A DNA stretch of 56,731 nucleotides, filler included, from Jimgerdemannia flammicorona (Eukaryota), in the NCBI GenBank assembly GCA_003990765.1. It is 3 parts of 3 records of this genome, joined end to end, with 100 filler letters (N's around TTAATTAATTAA, not from the genome) between each part and the next. Parts side by side here need not be neighbours in the genome. Positions count along the whole stretch, not along the records: positions 37,891 to 56,731 come from RBNJ01002094.1; 2 more parts are not named here. The stretch is one strand, 5' to 3'. Numbering within the stretch: the stretch's first letter is position 1; each line of letters starts with the position of its first letter. The notes under the pieces are model-generated. The model had not been told where the DNA came from, made no database searches, and saw only the letters and a program-made list of their open reading frames with translations. This document shows positions 37,891-51,165 of this stretch, in pieces. Made by a program: the position numbers and the translations under genes.

Positions 37891-38274
37891 CTGATTTCAA
37901 TTTGATTTTTGATTTATAACTATATTTCTGTTTATTTATTCTAAATATTTTAAATATAATATTTTATTGAGTCAGGTTGTATATTAGATCAGATTGTATT
38001 TCAGGTTAGGTTTTTAAATTAGATTTGAGATTTAGAAATAGATTATATTTTTTCTCAAGTTAGATTAAAGATAGATTGTATTTTTTTTAAAAAAAAATTA
38101 GATTAAAGATAAATTATGTTTTTTCTCAAATTAGGTTAAAGATAGTTTATGTTTTTTTTTTTTTTTTTTTTTTTTTTAAGTTAGTATAATGGTTCATTAC
38201 ATATAAATCTGCAAATCTGCCTCATTATACTAAACCAGGCCTAATTAGAAAATCACCAAAATTGTCTGTTATAT

Positions 38275-38337
38275 TTATTTATTTTTATTTTTATTTTTTT
38301 ATTTTTTTTTTTATAGTCCCTTAGACTTTATTCTCCA
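38275..38337 (-). mobile_element. Minimal retroposed insertion: LINE 3' motif plus A-rich tail
   Basis: Minus strand reads GGAGAATAAAGTCTAAGGGACTAT + A-rich tail. Flanked by TGTTATAT at 38267-38274 and 38338-38345. Confidence 0.6.
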
Positions 38338-38594
38338 TGTTATATGAGAACTTCTATTTGAATGAATATTTTAGCCACTGGAAATTTCAACAGAAATTCC
38401 AACTAGTAGTCATTATAGTATAGCATATCATATTTAGTCATAGCCTTAAATATGTATAAATATTCTCTATGCTGAGTATGTTATAACCTCAGTCTGAAAG
38501 CTAAAGAAAAGCTTAAAGCTTTGCTTTCCCTAAACACAAGAATAAAGCAGTATTCTTATCACAAAAAACCCTCAGATCTGACTTGTTAATGATT

Positions 38595-39740
38595 TTTTAT
38601 TTTTTTTATTTTACAGACTCAAAGTTCTGTAGATTTTTATTAGAAGAGAACCTAGACTATATAGATCAAAACTCTCCCTTATTACCCACTGAGCACTATC
38701 CCCTCATTAAACCTAGGCTAGCTATTGTCCAGTGACTCAACCATACCAGATGTAGTAAGACTTACCTATTATTAGAGAGAACTTAGCCATATACTAATAA
38801 CTGAAAACATATGTCTGAAACCATAATATATATATAAGGCTATATCTGAGCTAAATAGAATAGTCTCTATCACCTCAAGTAAAAATAACAGATAAAGAAA
38901 AAATCCTCCTCAAGATACAAAACAGTAAGTAGGACCTAGTTCTTCTAAGCAAGATGAGTAGAGAACTTATATATAAGGTAAGAGAAAACTCCTAATATGT
39001 ATCTCACTACTCAAGCCTGTAGATCTCAATCATATTGCTATATTAGCTCTTAGTTCTAGTTAAGTATAGCCAAGACATCTGATATAGATAGTCTCAAGTC
39101 TCTCAACTATTCTTAATGACTAGAACCTAATCCCACAAATCACCAAAAGTAGCTAAGAGTGATACCTACCACCTAACCACTCTGCACCAATCAAAAGGCT
39201 CTACCAAAGCAGTACCTGCCTCAGCTCTGATGACTACTCCCAGTCTAGTACCCTACTGTCCACTATTATCACCCTTCCTCCTATCTGTGACAGCCATTTC
39301 TCCTTCCATCCTGACAACACTTGGAAAATAGTCACCTATGCCAGAACTGTACTTACTGAGAAGCTTGCTAAAGTCAGAGAGCCTGACCACAAGTACTGAG
39401 AATCTATAGGTAATCTATACTGAGCACTTAATGTTCAAAATCAGCTGACTCTCTATATAACTTATGATATATTGAGATAACATCTTGTTGATAATAGCAA
39501 AAGGAAGAAGGCACTATACTAAAATGAGTACACTCCAGATGCAGCTGAAGATATTAGAAACTATGAAAAAGTAAAGAAGATACTGATAAAGAGACAACTC
39601 ATCTCTATTGCCTCCCTTCCACTGCCCTACAATAGATATAGCAAATTAATCTGAGGTAGAGGGGGTATTAGTTGTGGAAAGTGGACTTGGAAGATTGTCT
39701 ACCAAACTATTATAATCAGTAAGATAGTAGAGAAAGGAAC
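38595..39740 (-). mobile_element. Non-coding poly(A)-tailed retroposon, copy 2
   Basis: Homologous to 1-1167. TSD CTGACTTGTTAAT(G/A)ATT at 38578-38594 and 39740-39756. Confidence 0.85.
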
Positions 39741-40207
39741 TGACTTGTTAATAATTCTAAATCTGATCAACTTGAAATACAAGCATAGTCTTCTTATCAG
39801 TATAAGAACCTAAAAGTAATATCTAAACTCTGCCACAATAGGCAATTGGAACTCAGTACTTCCTCAGGAACTTAGAACTTAGGACCAAAAGTCATCTTTA
39901 ACTCTCCATAATGTATTAATTTTATTAGCATATAGTTTTATTACAGTTAGATTATAGATGAAATATATATATATTTAAGTTAGGTTATATTTTTTCTTAA
40001 GTTAGAATAATAATAGATAATGTATAATTCTGAATTAGTTGTTTTCTGAGTTAGGTTTCAGATTAGATTGACTACTTGATAGATAGAAAGATATATCTGC
40101 AATACAAGAAATAGAGTACAGAATTGCTCTGAAACATAAGAGACAGAGTACAGGATTACATATCTAACAGAACTTAGTTTGCTTGACAGCTCCTATATTC
40201 TGTTATA

Positions 40208-40285
40208 TGGTCTTCTTGCATGATCTTCTTATATAGCCTCCTTGCATGGTCTCCTTGCGTGGCCTTCTTGCGTGACCTCCTCACG
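40208..40285 (+). repeat. 13-bp tandem repeat x6 (consensus TGGCCTYCTTGCG)
   Basis: Units start at 40208, 40221, 40234, 40247, 40260 and 40273. Confidence 0.85.
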
Positions 40286-40451
40286 TATACGTTAGCCATT
40301 ACTAGCCAGGAGACACCGGTCCATTGTCTAGGTACCGCCACGGTTCCATTGGCTAGCTGCCGTCACAGGGTAATTGGGACAAATGTAGTCACATGGGATA
40401 CAAGATTTAAAGACTGTCAAGATTCTCACCTTCTTACACCATCAATCAACA

Positions 40452-41606
40452 ATGACCAGATCTGCTACAGTCGACCTCGCTGTCTTTGGTATGTATTATT
40501 TGTATTACTGCATTTCAACACCCACCGTCGAGTCATTCTCCAATTAATGAAAACTACCAGCCGTCAAGTCTACCTTTGTCCTCGGCGTCGCCACCGGCCT
40601 CCTTGGCATGGTCAACACCGTCACCGAGACATTTTGCGCGATACCAGGTGCCTCCTCCCTGATCGCCCCAAAGCTCTGTGCCTTCTCCACCACTCTCAAC
40701 AACTACGGCAGCCACCACTCGCACTCCACTGTCGACAACAACCCTCTCTTCCGCCCAGACACTGCTCAGCTCGCCACCCAGTCTGCGCAGTGGGTCGAGA
40801 CCCACCTTCTCGCTGCAAACTATCCGGCCACCTTCGTTCTCGCAAAGTCAACCGTCGCCCTCCAGGAGCTCGGCGCCATTGTTCGCTACAACTCCCGGCT
40901 CCACTCACGCGAGAGCATGGCCACGCAGATTGACACCTTCGCTCTCCACACTCAGGACGTCGGGCGCGAGCTCTCTCGGCTCCGCGTCGGCGCGCTCGGC
41001 GCCGTCGGCCGACTCGGCGTCTACATCTCGCACCTCCTCCAAACGCTCGAGGGCGAGCGTTCCAACCGGTTCGCCGACCCCCTGCTCGCGCTCCAGCGTG
41101 CACATGACTACGCCATCACCCAGATTGATCGCGAACTTGGCACCCTCCACACCCGCTGTGAGGCCGTACTCGAGTCGCTTCGCGTTGCAGACCAGCACCT
41201 CTTAACCATCACCGCGTCCGTCCAGTCCGAATGGTCGCTCCAGTCCGCCGACGCGGACGACATGCGCCGCGCCGATGGCGCCCTGTCCGCCTTATGGTCC
41301 TGGCTTGGCAGTAATGTGGTCGAGAAGGAGAAGCTCGACGCAAATTTTAAGCTACTCGGCAAGCTGCAGCAGGAGGTATCGGGTGCAAGCCTGGACGTCA
41401 AGTCCACCATGCACGGCCTCGAGATGTTCCAGGAGCAGTTGGCGCAGCTGAAGGTGACCGCCGGCGTGTCGGCGTATGGAGATTTGTCATTGGAGACACA
41501 CATCATGGCTGTGCAGGATAGCTTGAAGAGGTTGCAGGGGAGTGAAAAGAAGTTAGCAGGGAAGATGAGGGAATTGGAAGGGGAGGCCATCGGAATAGAG
41601 GCGTAA
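40452..41606 (+). CDS. Intact 360-aa hypothetical helical/coiled-coil protein with N-terminal hydrophobic segment
   Basis: Exon 1 40452-40488, phase-1 intron 40489-40560 (GTATGT..CAG), exon 2 40561-41606 in frame with the 332-aa ORF. GC3-rich codon usage and CpG retained. Confidence 0.85.
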
Positions 41607-42249
41607 TCGTACAATATTTTTTATTTTATTTTATTTATTTTGGGAGAGGGGAAAGGGAGCAATTATAAATGTTGGATACAAGGTCCTCGAGACGTGAGTT
41701 TATTATTTATTTATCTCGTTATATAGATCTAAAACATTTTAAAGCAAAACACTATTTTATTTGAACACTATTCCCCCAATGAACATTAATCCCTGTAGCA
41801 ATATTGTTTTAATGACTGAGCTGTCAGATCTGTTAAACCCTATACTCTTGAAGTGCTCAGCAAATGATCTTTCGTGCACGGGCCACTCTTGCCAGCCAGT
41901 TTCGGCCCTGGCAGTTTTGGTGCAAGCTGGCGAACGATATTTCGAAAAGACGTGCGGATTCTTGATTGATCAAGCCCTTGAATCCAAGATAGATGTTCAT
42001 TGTTAAAAGGCATTGGATATCTACGTTGAGGATGAAGATGGGGTACGATAAATTGGCTGATTTCTTTGGATTATGCCAGCACGAATCGAGCATGCGAGCG
42101 TTCTTATTTAATTTTTCGGATATGTCGTCGTATTTTCCAACTAAGTAAAATGAGCCTTAGTCAGTCGATTTCACGTTAGATCTCCGACGTGCAAACGCGA
42201 TCATATATGGGGCGTGCTGTAACAAAACCAGACAAAGTGAGCATGTGAG

Positions 42250-43180
42250 ATGAAAAGTCAAGAAAATAAAAAATTTAATTTCCTTCCTCACCTTCATATT
42301 CATTCATCTCGCGGGGAACCCATTCTGGTGTCACAACTGAAAAGAGTTCTTTTACAAGGTTGTACCTTGTGTGATTGGTATTGCGGCGAAATGGAGGAAG
42401 CGCTAGCCAACACCATTGCCACTATCGCTGGCTTTCCTTCGCTCGTTCGAAAATTGTCAATCACTTCACAGCAAGACTCCAGTGCACTGCACCTCACCAA
42501 TGCTGGCATATATGACACATTTCATGGACAGTGGGATATCTTGGTTGATAATAGGTACTGGATCACCAATTCCTACCAAGCTGGGAAAAGCAAAGCTATC
42601 ACCTTTGGAGCATTCTTCAATATGAATCAGATAGAGTTGTTGATGGACTCTTATAGACTTCAATTTATATGGAGACTAATCTTTGTCAATAAGTGGATCA
42701 TGTATTTATTAGAAAAGGCTAGACCTGATAAAGCATTTATCAAATCAAATTATGAAGTAAGGAAGAAAGGCAAGGTTAACATCACCAAGTCTATGCTGAC
42801 CACAGAGATGCTAACTTTAAATCATTCAAAAATAGAAGCACCGGCTGAAATATACATATTACAGATTAAAGATTTTGACCAGCATACTGAAGTCTCTACA
42901 TAAAGAGCTTTCACAACTAGAGTTAAATTAGATGAATATTGGTTAGAAGGTCAGGAGATCACAGTGGGATCCAGGTTCTAATAACTACTGTAAGCTAAAG
43001 AAAATCAGATAGAAGATAACAGTTACATAAATAGCTTGAAGCTATCAAATCAGAGAAGGTACTTATAAAGACCAAAAGTTTATTGAATACTTTAAACAAG
43101 GCCTTATAGATAAAATTAACTACTAGTGCCATTACTACTATTACTTACATTACTTCAGAAACTAAAATTAAAGAGAATAA
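42250..43180 (+). pseudogene. Unidentified ORF (217 aa open) continuing as a stop-riddled frame
   Basis: Open 42250-42903. The same frame continues RAFTTRVKLDEYWLEGQEITVGSRF with increasing stops and AT content. Confidence 0.4.
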
Positions 43181-44568
43181 TATAGAATTAATAATTATTT
43201 ATTATGGTTTCCTATTTTTATTTATTTTTATCTTAGTTCTTATTATTTATTTTTAATATAAATAGATCTATTTCCTACAATCATCAAATATTATTCATTA
43301 GGAAGAAAAATTGTCTTCACTAGACCTGATTCATAGACTATTATTATATATCTCTATAATAATATCAAGAACTTTAGAGGAAATATTTAGTGATATTAAC
43401 TGCTTTCAAGTAATTTCAACTGAGAATTATTCTACTATAGAGACTATATCATATTTATTCAATATTTAACAGCTTCTTAAGTCTAATAAAATTACTACTA
43501 ATCTGATTAACAATATTATCTTCTTTAAGTAATACTAAAAGAAGTACTAATAATGACAAATGAATAATATAGGCAGAAAGATCCAGCAAAAGAAGTTGAC
43601 TAAAAAAAGATGAAAGAGAGAGATTAGAACTAAGTATATAGTAAGCTTATTTTTTTTTTTTATTATTTTTTTTATAGTATATGATAAACTTACGGCTTAA
43701 GAATAGATACATATATATTTATACTTATATACTATATTACTAGTAGGTACTAGTAATTAGCAAGAAGATACTGAGTCCAGAGTACTCTAATATAGTAAAG
43801 TCTCAGCTTTTTCCCAGAAAGTAGACACTAGTAATAATATTGAAGAGGAATAAAAACTTAGAAGTAATATTATATCTATAGATATATTAATATCACAAAT
43901 AAGTATAATATCTCTAAAATATATTTGTTCTATTTCTCTTAAATTATTCTATACTGGACTCATTAGAATATTAATAGAAGAAAGCTAGTTATTTACTTAA
44001 ATAGTATTATTAAATATGTTTATCTCTAGTACTCAATAAGGAGGATCAAGTATATAATATAAAGAAGAGATGTGAATGTAGTTACAAACATCACTCTATC
44101 TGGAGCATCAATTATTCTAGCTACTGATCATTAATCCCTATTAGTAGTATGTATCAAAATATAGGATTCTGGAAACTAATTATCATTTATATATTACTGG
44201 ACAAGAGGCTGAAGAAAATTAATAATCTTTACTATTACTATCTTTTTTTTTTCTATGAAAGTTATTCTCTTGAATATAGTATATTAGATATTATTACTTA
44301 TAATAACTTATTAAATCTTTTTTAACTTAGTAAGTATTCTTATAATAGATAAAAGAGTCTAGACAGTTTTTGTAGATAATTCTTAATTTGATCCTTTTAT
44401 TTCTCTTCTTTCTTCTTTTTCTTCTCTTTCTTCTCTTTCTTCTCTTTCTCTTCTTTCTTCTTTTTCTCTTTTATATTCTTAATATCTAAAGATACTGTGT
44501 TGACAGCTCTATCTTACTCACTCTGCTCATCTTCACACTATATATCTCTGATAAATAGTTATAATAAT

Positions 44569-45629
44569 GAGAGAGATAGGTGAAGGTATGGGAGATGAGA
44601 TTCTCTCCAAGAGGATCCTTAGGGAATTTGTTATCTCTGGTGGGTCTGGGTGGAAACCATTGGCTAAGATATAAAGACTTCTGGTAGAGAGTAGTAGATG
44701 GAGTATACTGTATAGGTTTACACTGATATAGTAATAAAGGAGAGATGCTGTAGAGACCAGCTATGTGGAGATGAGATAGACTACTTTTGAGAGATACTCT
44801 ACTTATTGAGTTTGATATTGAGAATAGAGTAGAGTGTCAGTAAGAACTCAGTCAGGATCTTTGGCCTAGAAGTTATCAAACAGTGAGAATTGATGAGGAG
44901 TGGGATTGGATAAGAGTCTGGGCATAGAGTGCTTAAGTGCAAAGGTGACTTCCTCCCAAGTTCTAGATAGTATAGTGGTGGATACTATGGAGGAATGTTA
45001 TGTTGAATTTCCATACTAGATATCTAGTATATAGTAGACTACTGGAATGTAAAGAGTACTACAATGTAAGATAAGTTGGGGGATTTGTACAGACTCTAGA
45101 ACATTAGCTGAGAGAGTGCGAGATTCTGAGAAACTTTTAGATAGTAGTAGGGGACTGGCTAGATGTGAAGAAGAGACTAGATAGAGAGAAAAGTCACTGG
45201 GAGAATTTGAGAACTAGGTTGGTGGGAGGTATGAGCAATGAATAGCTTACTATAGGGTGGGTTTTAGCTATATGGATAGGACTGACTGGATATTGGCTCT
45301 TTGTTTTTAAGGAGAGATAATAGCTAAGGTTATAGGAGAGGTTGTTGAGATGGGAGGAATTGATGGGAGATTTGCTGACAGGGTAGTGGGTTGGATAGGG
45401 TCTCCAGAGTGAACATCACTACCATCTAGTAGAAGAAATTTGTAAATAGAGTAGTAGATAGGTGAAGGTGATTAATGACCTAGTGATCTTTAATAGAGAG
45501 AGTGTAGGAGAAAGAAAGGAGCCCTAGGGGGATTAGATAGGGGTGGGCTCAGTATATTATATATTGAATAGATGGATATATTAATAAAGGAAGGAGTCTA
45601 AGAGAAAAAAAAAAAAAAAAAAAAAAAAA
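44569..45629 (+). mobile_element. 5'-truncated LINE (same family as copy 1) with poly(A)
   Basis: Matches the 3' part of 18946-20000. Poly(A) 45605-45629. TSD AAATAGTTATAATAAT at 44553-44568 and 45627-45642. Confidence 0.9.
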
Positions 45630-47245
45630 TAGTTATAATAATTATTATAGCTTTTTTCTAATCTTTTGCACTATAGATATCAGTTAGTTATTGATAATAG
45701 CTATTTTAAATTTATCTATAAGATATAATATCTAGTACTTTCTGAATCATCAATCTAGACCCCACTGCTTCTTTTCTATCTACTTTTTCTCAGCTTTCCT
45801 TTATTGAGTATCTTAATACCATACTATCCTAATTAGTGCAAGGTAAATCTAAAGGAGAATTTAGATAATATTATAAACTCTTGTTATAAATATTACCAAT
45901 TTAGATATTTGTAACAGATATATATATTTCTTTCAATGAAGCTTAGTAGATTGTATAGTTATTTATTACACTAGTAATTATTAAAGATATTTTCTTTTTT
46001 AAATTAATCTCCTTTCTAATCTATATAAAAAGCCTGAGAAAATAAAAAAAAATGAGATCAATACTACAAACCTGTAACAATTATTGTATCAATATATTAC
46101 AAATCTTGAGAATAAATTTATATAATATTTCTCTACTTACTCAGCCTCTTTTTGCATTATATTTCTAATATAACTATAGAATAGGTTTTCAAAGTAAATA
46201 AAAGAGAAAAATCCAGCCTTAATCAAGGCTAATATACATATTCTCTAGAATTGAGGCTATATTGACTAAGAATTTATACTCTCTAAAATTATGACTCTGA
46301 GGAAAACTCTTTTATAAGATTAAGACATCTAGTATCTGAATTATCTATAAGAGAAAATACTTTTTCTGAAATAATCTAATATTTGGTAAAGTTAGTATAA
46401 TAATAAAATACCATAATATTCTAAAGTAATATTAATCTTACTATATTTATAGTCTCTTAAATAATATTATAGAAAGCTTTAAATATTTAATAGTTGATCT
46501 TTTGTTAGAAACTAATTGATATTCTATATTAGCTAGACTATACTTGCTTTGAACAATCTACTGTAGAGTAGTTATAATAATATAGTAGTCTTTATTTATC
46601 TCTTCTTTATTATTTTGTTCAGTTGAGATCATTCTAAAACTAGAATTCTGCAAAGTAGTAGAAGTACTAATATTGAAAATAGTGATTAGATTTATTGAAA
46701 TAGCTATTATATATTCTTTTGTAATCTTTTTTTATATTTATATTATACTAGGGTCTTTAATTCTCTAAGATAGCTAAAAAAAACTAAGTACATTTATATT
46801 ACTTATATCTATTATTTCACTAAGTCTCTCAAGTATACTTTTGAGATAGCAAAGTCTAGTTAATATTTTTTTTCTAAAAATTGACCAGTTCTTCAGTATA
46901 GGATTCTATCTTACTTCTTTCTCATAGTTGTTTTAAAGATACTCTTTCCTATAAAGTAAAAAAGAAAGTAAATAAATTATCTAAAAATAAAAATAAAAAT
47001 AAATAATAATTTTTTATATTTATATTACTAATTACAGTAAATATCTTAGTATATTATTACTAATTAATATGTAATTTGCAAACACTTTCTACTTAGGAGC
47101 TACTCTTTGAGATCTTTGAACTATAGCTAGAGAGACTATTAGTAAGATGAAGGTTATATATATACTATAGCTATTTACTTAATCTAATTTTTTTACTAGT
47201 TTAAGTAGACACCATCTCTCTACTAATATATAATATTAAGTCCTG

Positions 47246-48734
47246 TGTAAGAGGGTTACTTTTTAGGGTGACCATTACGTAGTTCTAGAAGGGTTTTCTG
47301 GATATTCTAGATGTTCTGGAAGACTGTTTTCTTATGATCAAGATCAATTTTGTATGGAGTACATCCTCTATGCTTATTGATTTCAAGATTGGGTTGACGT
47401 CTCAACCAAAGTCCTTTTCCGGACTAGTTCTGGATATTCAGGATTTTCCATATTTCAGGAAGTTCAAGAAACTAAGACCAGCTTAGTTGAATTGGCATAT
47501 CGCTGCAGACAATACCCAATTAGGAAATTTCGTGACGGGGTTAGGAGTAGGACCTAACAGAGAGTGGATTTACTTAAGAGTGGTTTATGGGTTATGGAAT
47601 AGGTTTATTTGCTATTCATGATATTGCTATACTAGGAGTATTGTGTGAGGGATATTGTGGGGAAGTGCTCAGGAGTTGTGTTCAGATTGTTCAAGTCTTC
47701 AAGTCTGAGATTCTGAGGTCTGGGGGAGGGGGTATTTATACTAGTGAGGGGCTATCTGGACTATGCTAGATGTGGATGTAGCACTAAGTGCCTTGCTGAG
47801 TCGGAATGCAGTCACATAGTACAAGTGTGATCTGATATGTCAAAAGATCGTCTGACTACTGAGTCAGTTCACAGTCACGTCGTACAAGGCTAATCTATCT
47901 ATACTATGACTGCTAGGCTATTTATAGGTTTAGGCGCTGTCTGGGTAGTCTTTGATGACATCACCATTGATGACATCATTGCTGGCAAAGTCTGAGTAGT
48001 TTTCTGACTTCTGATGTCACCAGTTTCAAAGATGTCATCACTTCTATCTCTTGCAAGAATAAGGCTGTTCTTGGTGGTGGTGGTTGTATAAGGATAACAG
48101 GTCTTGGTTCTCTTTTTTTTTGGTCTGCTGGCGCATTTGCGAGGACTGGCCATTCTCGTCTAGGGCGAGGGCTCCCAATGTCGCAGCTGGGGGTTTGAAC
48201 CTCTCGGAAATGATATTTTCTGTAATCCGAGACAATTTCTAGTAGTAATATCTGTCACATGGATGGCTTGAGATTGGTTTCGACGTTGTCGGCTTTCTTG
48301 AGTTCAGATGAAGTGTCTGTCACTCTCCAACGGAGGTGATACAGATAAAGCGAACAGAGTTATTCAAATGCATTTTGCTTCTGCTAAGTAATGAGGTCTT
48401 GTATAGTTACGGTATATCTTGGTCTTCAGTTGATAAGTGCAGTTCATGAACCTTTTGATGGGTGAGATAGGGTTCTTCTTGTCTTGATTTGAGTTTGGTA
48501 CTTTTGGTTTCTTTTGTAATAGTATGGTACACCAAACTAGCTATAGCGGTTCAGAGTCAGTCTTATGGTTGTAGTACTTCTTCTAGTATTCTTGTATCTT
48601 GGCAGTGGGTTCTCGTGCTTGCTGGCGTATTTGTGTAACCAGATGATCTCTTGTTTTGTAGTCTCGCATGTGGTTTCTGAATTAGTTCTAAGGATGCCAT
48701 GTGATTTTGGTGGCTTGGAGGTTGTATGCTTACA
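47246..48734 (-). repeat. 3' LTR, family B, U3 variant 2 (1489 bp)
   Basis: TGTAAG..CTTACA termini. TATAAATA at 47733-47740 (minus). Near-identical to 52128-53620. Confidence 0.95.
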
Positions 48735-51165
48735 ACTCTCCCCTTCTTAGCTTTCGACGTCCTCGTCGGGGCCTTCTAATTTGTTCTGGTGTTGTTGTAC
48801 CATTTGGATGGTTCTTATGGCTATATTTGTTGAGGATTTGTTCAACCTTGTATTCTTCTTGGTCATTAATAATGACAGGTGCAGGTGGTTCTGTGGTTTG
48901 GTTTGGAAATGTGTCTCAGAATTTCTGGAGTAGTGGTCTGATACAGCTGTCAACTTTGGAAAAATCTTCTTCAGAGTTCTCAGGTTCTCCTTTGGATAGT
49001 CAGATGGAGATGGCAAAGAGAGGGTATTTCTTGGCCAATTTCTTGAGTTGTAGTTTGTTGATGTGGGTGATCTTTGGTCCAGGGTCACTAGAGTTAAGTG
49101 GGTCCTTTTCGCCTTATAGTTTGAAGTTGTGGCATCCTTTCTTGATGGTCAGAGAATGGTTTACCCAATCAATCATAGGGTTCTCTTGTTTTAACCATGG
49201 AGTCCCAAGGATGATTTCATTGTTAGGAAGTGGTACGATTTGGAGGGTAACATGTACTTGGTAGTCACCAATTCAGAAGGGTAGGTTGCGGACTTCTTTG
49301 CTAATAACATGTGAGGTTCCATCAGCTGTAGCAACTGCTTGAGTTTGCTGTACTGGGGAGGTGAAGACCTTGAGTCTGTTGGCTGTCTCCTCATTGATGA
49401 AGTTGCCTGAGGCACTACTGTCTATTATAATCTTGACAGGTGCTCCGTTGACAAAAGCCTTAAGGGTGAGCAGTTTGTCTGATCCAATGCTGGTGATTTC
49501 AGTTGTAAGAGCCTTTCTTCTATTGGTTCTTCTTTGAGCCAGTTTGTTGACACAAGAGAAGCAATCATCAATCATTCGGGAAGAGTACATTCCAATGCCA
49601 TGGGGACATCAGCCACTTGGTACATATCCATCTTCTATTTTCTTGTAGAATTGTTCTTCTTTGCTCATGGTAGGTTGGGCTGGGGCCTTGTTTGATGAGC
49701 CAAATCCTTTGGATTCTCGGATGGTGGGTAGTAGTTCAGGGACTTCCTTGACTATCAAAGTTGACTCGATTTTTTCAAACAAGATCTGGGCAATGCAGAA
49801 GCCAAGAGGGATCTTGAAGGGTGTCCAACTATGGTTTCGAATGAGGACAATGATTTCACCTGTGTAATCCTCGTCAATGACTCCTCCTTCTACTGAGAGT
49901 CCTTTCAATGCTAGGCTGCTGCGACAGCATATTCTTCCAACATGTCCTTCAGGGATTTGGATACTGATTCCTGTATAGACTTGTTTGACTTCTCGGTTGG
50001 AAACTGTAGCTTCTTCGGCTACATACAGGTCATATCCAGCTACTTTTTGACTTCCTTTGGTTGGGGCCTTAGCAGTTTGTCTTAGCTTGACAAAGTCTAG
50101 TGTTCTGGTGGTCAGGTTGTTGAGGTGGTGCAGAGTGGTAACAGTTGCTCATATTGCTGTTCGGGTTTTTCAGTTGGGGCAGGTACTCGCCATGTGTCCT
50201 GTCTTTCGGCAATAGAAGCATGCTCCACTTCTTCGAAGTTCATTCCTTTCGCCTTCAGTAAGTTTCTTGAAGGTACTGGGCTGGGTGGGTTCAGGATTTC
50301 TGGGTGTCCAAGAGGTGGATGTGGAGGGAGCTCGGGATGCTTCATGCTTGGGTTCTTCTTTCTTGGTCCAAGTCTTTTCCTTGTTGTTGAATTGCCTTCA
50401 GGGCAGAATTGGTCTGGCTGTTAGGATTCGCTTGACCATGGTCTTGATTCTTGCCAGGCACCATTGTTGGTGATCACAACCAACTGGGTGGCCTTGTTCT
50501 CGGATTTTTCTAGTAAGCCATTCAGGCAGGGCATTGAATAAATGGTCTGCTCTTGTACCATTTCGTGCTTCATCATTGGCAATGTATCCTAGGCCAACAG
50601 TGTTCAGGAGTGACTCGAGTTTTGTACAGAAGGTTTCAAATTCTTCTTTGCCATGTACATCAAATTTGAGGTTGTGGAGTTTTACTCGGGATTCGGCAAT
50701 CATGGTTTCACTGCGATATTGAGCAATCATGAGTTGTTTGAGTCCAGGGGCTGCAGGATGGGCTCCATATCCTGGCGCATTGTTTGCTGCATTCTGAGCA
50801 ACTACTGCAGGTCGGGTATCCCATGTGAGGGGTTTTTCAGAAAGGGTTCACCACCATTCTTTGGCAGGTCCTCGGAAGAATGTAACAACTCGGCGGACAT
50901 AGGCTGTAGTGGTAGCAAAGAGTTGTTCCAGGGTGTGGTCTTGATTGTTTGTCAGAACGCGGTCAGCAACTCGCTCATTTGTCTATTGATTGGCTTCAAA
51001 GTTGGTGTCAACTATACTAATGAAGCTTTGGACTTCTTGTGCAGTACCATTGAAGGTAGGTAGGCTCAGATTTTTGGTAGGTCAGGTCTGTTCGGCTAAG
51101 GCAGTAATGGTTGCTGCCATTATAGCTACTTGGGCTATAAGATCCAGAATCTGTTGGTTTGCCAT
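48730..51165 (-). pseudogene. Gag-dUTPase-protease-truncated chromodomain polyprotein
   Basis: One frame: LPTFNG, CFYCRKTGHMASTC; AGYDL, RSSL, GGVIDEDYTGEI, IAQ, RESKGFGSS (~49690-50100); IIDSSASGNF, ILGTPWL; PPAPVIINDQEEYKVEQIL. Internal stops are TGA/TAG/TAA. Confidence 0.9.
48736..48748 (-). promoter_or_regulatory. Polypurine tract
   Basis: Minus strand AAGAAGGGGAGAG next to the 3' LTR. Confidence 0.9.

Noticed and set aside
40554..41614. Overlapping alternate-frame and antisense ORFs
   Set aside because: Shadows of the GC-rich 40452-41606 gene.
45640..47245. Degenerate DNA transposase on the minus strand, continuing at 53626-54320
   Set aside because: Only vague fragments (QDGCIF, FIYFEN) in extremely AT-rich DNA; too decayed to support a call.
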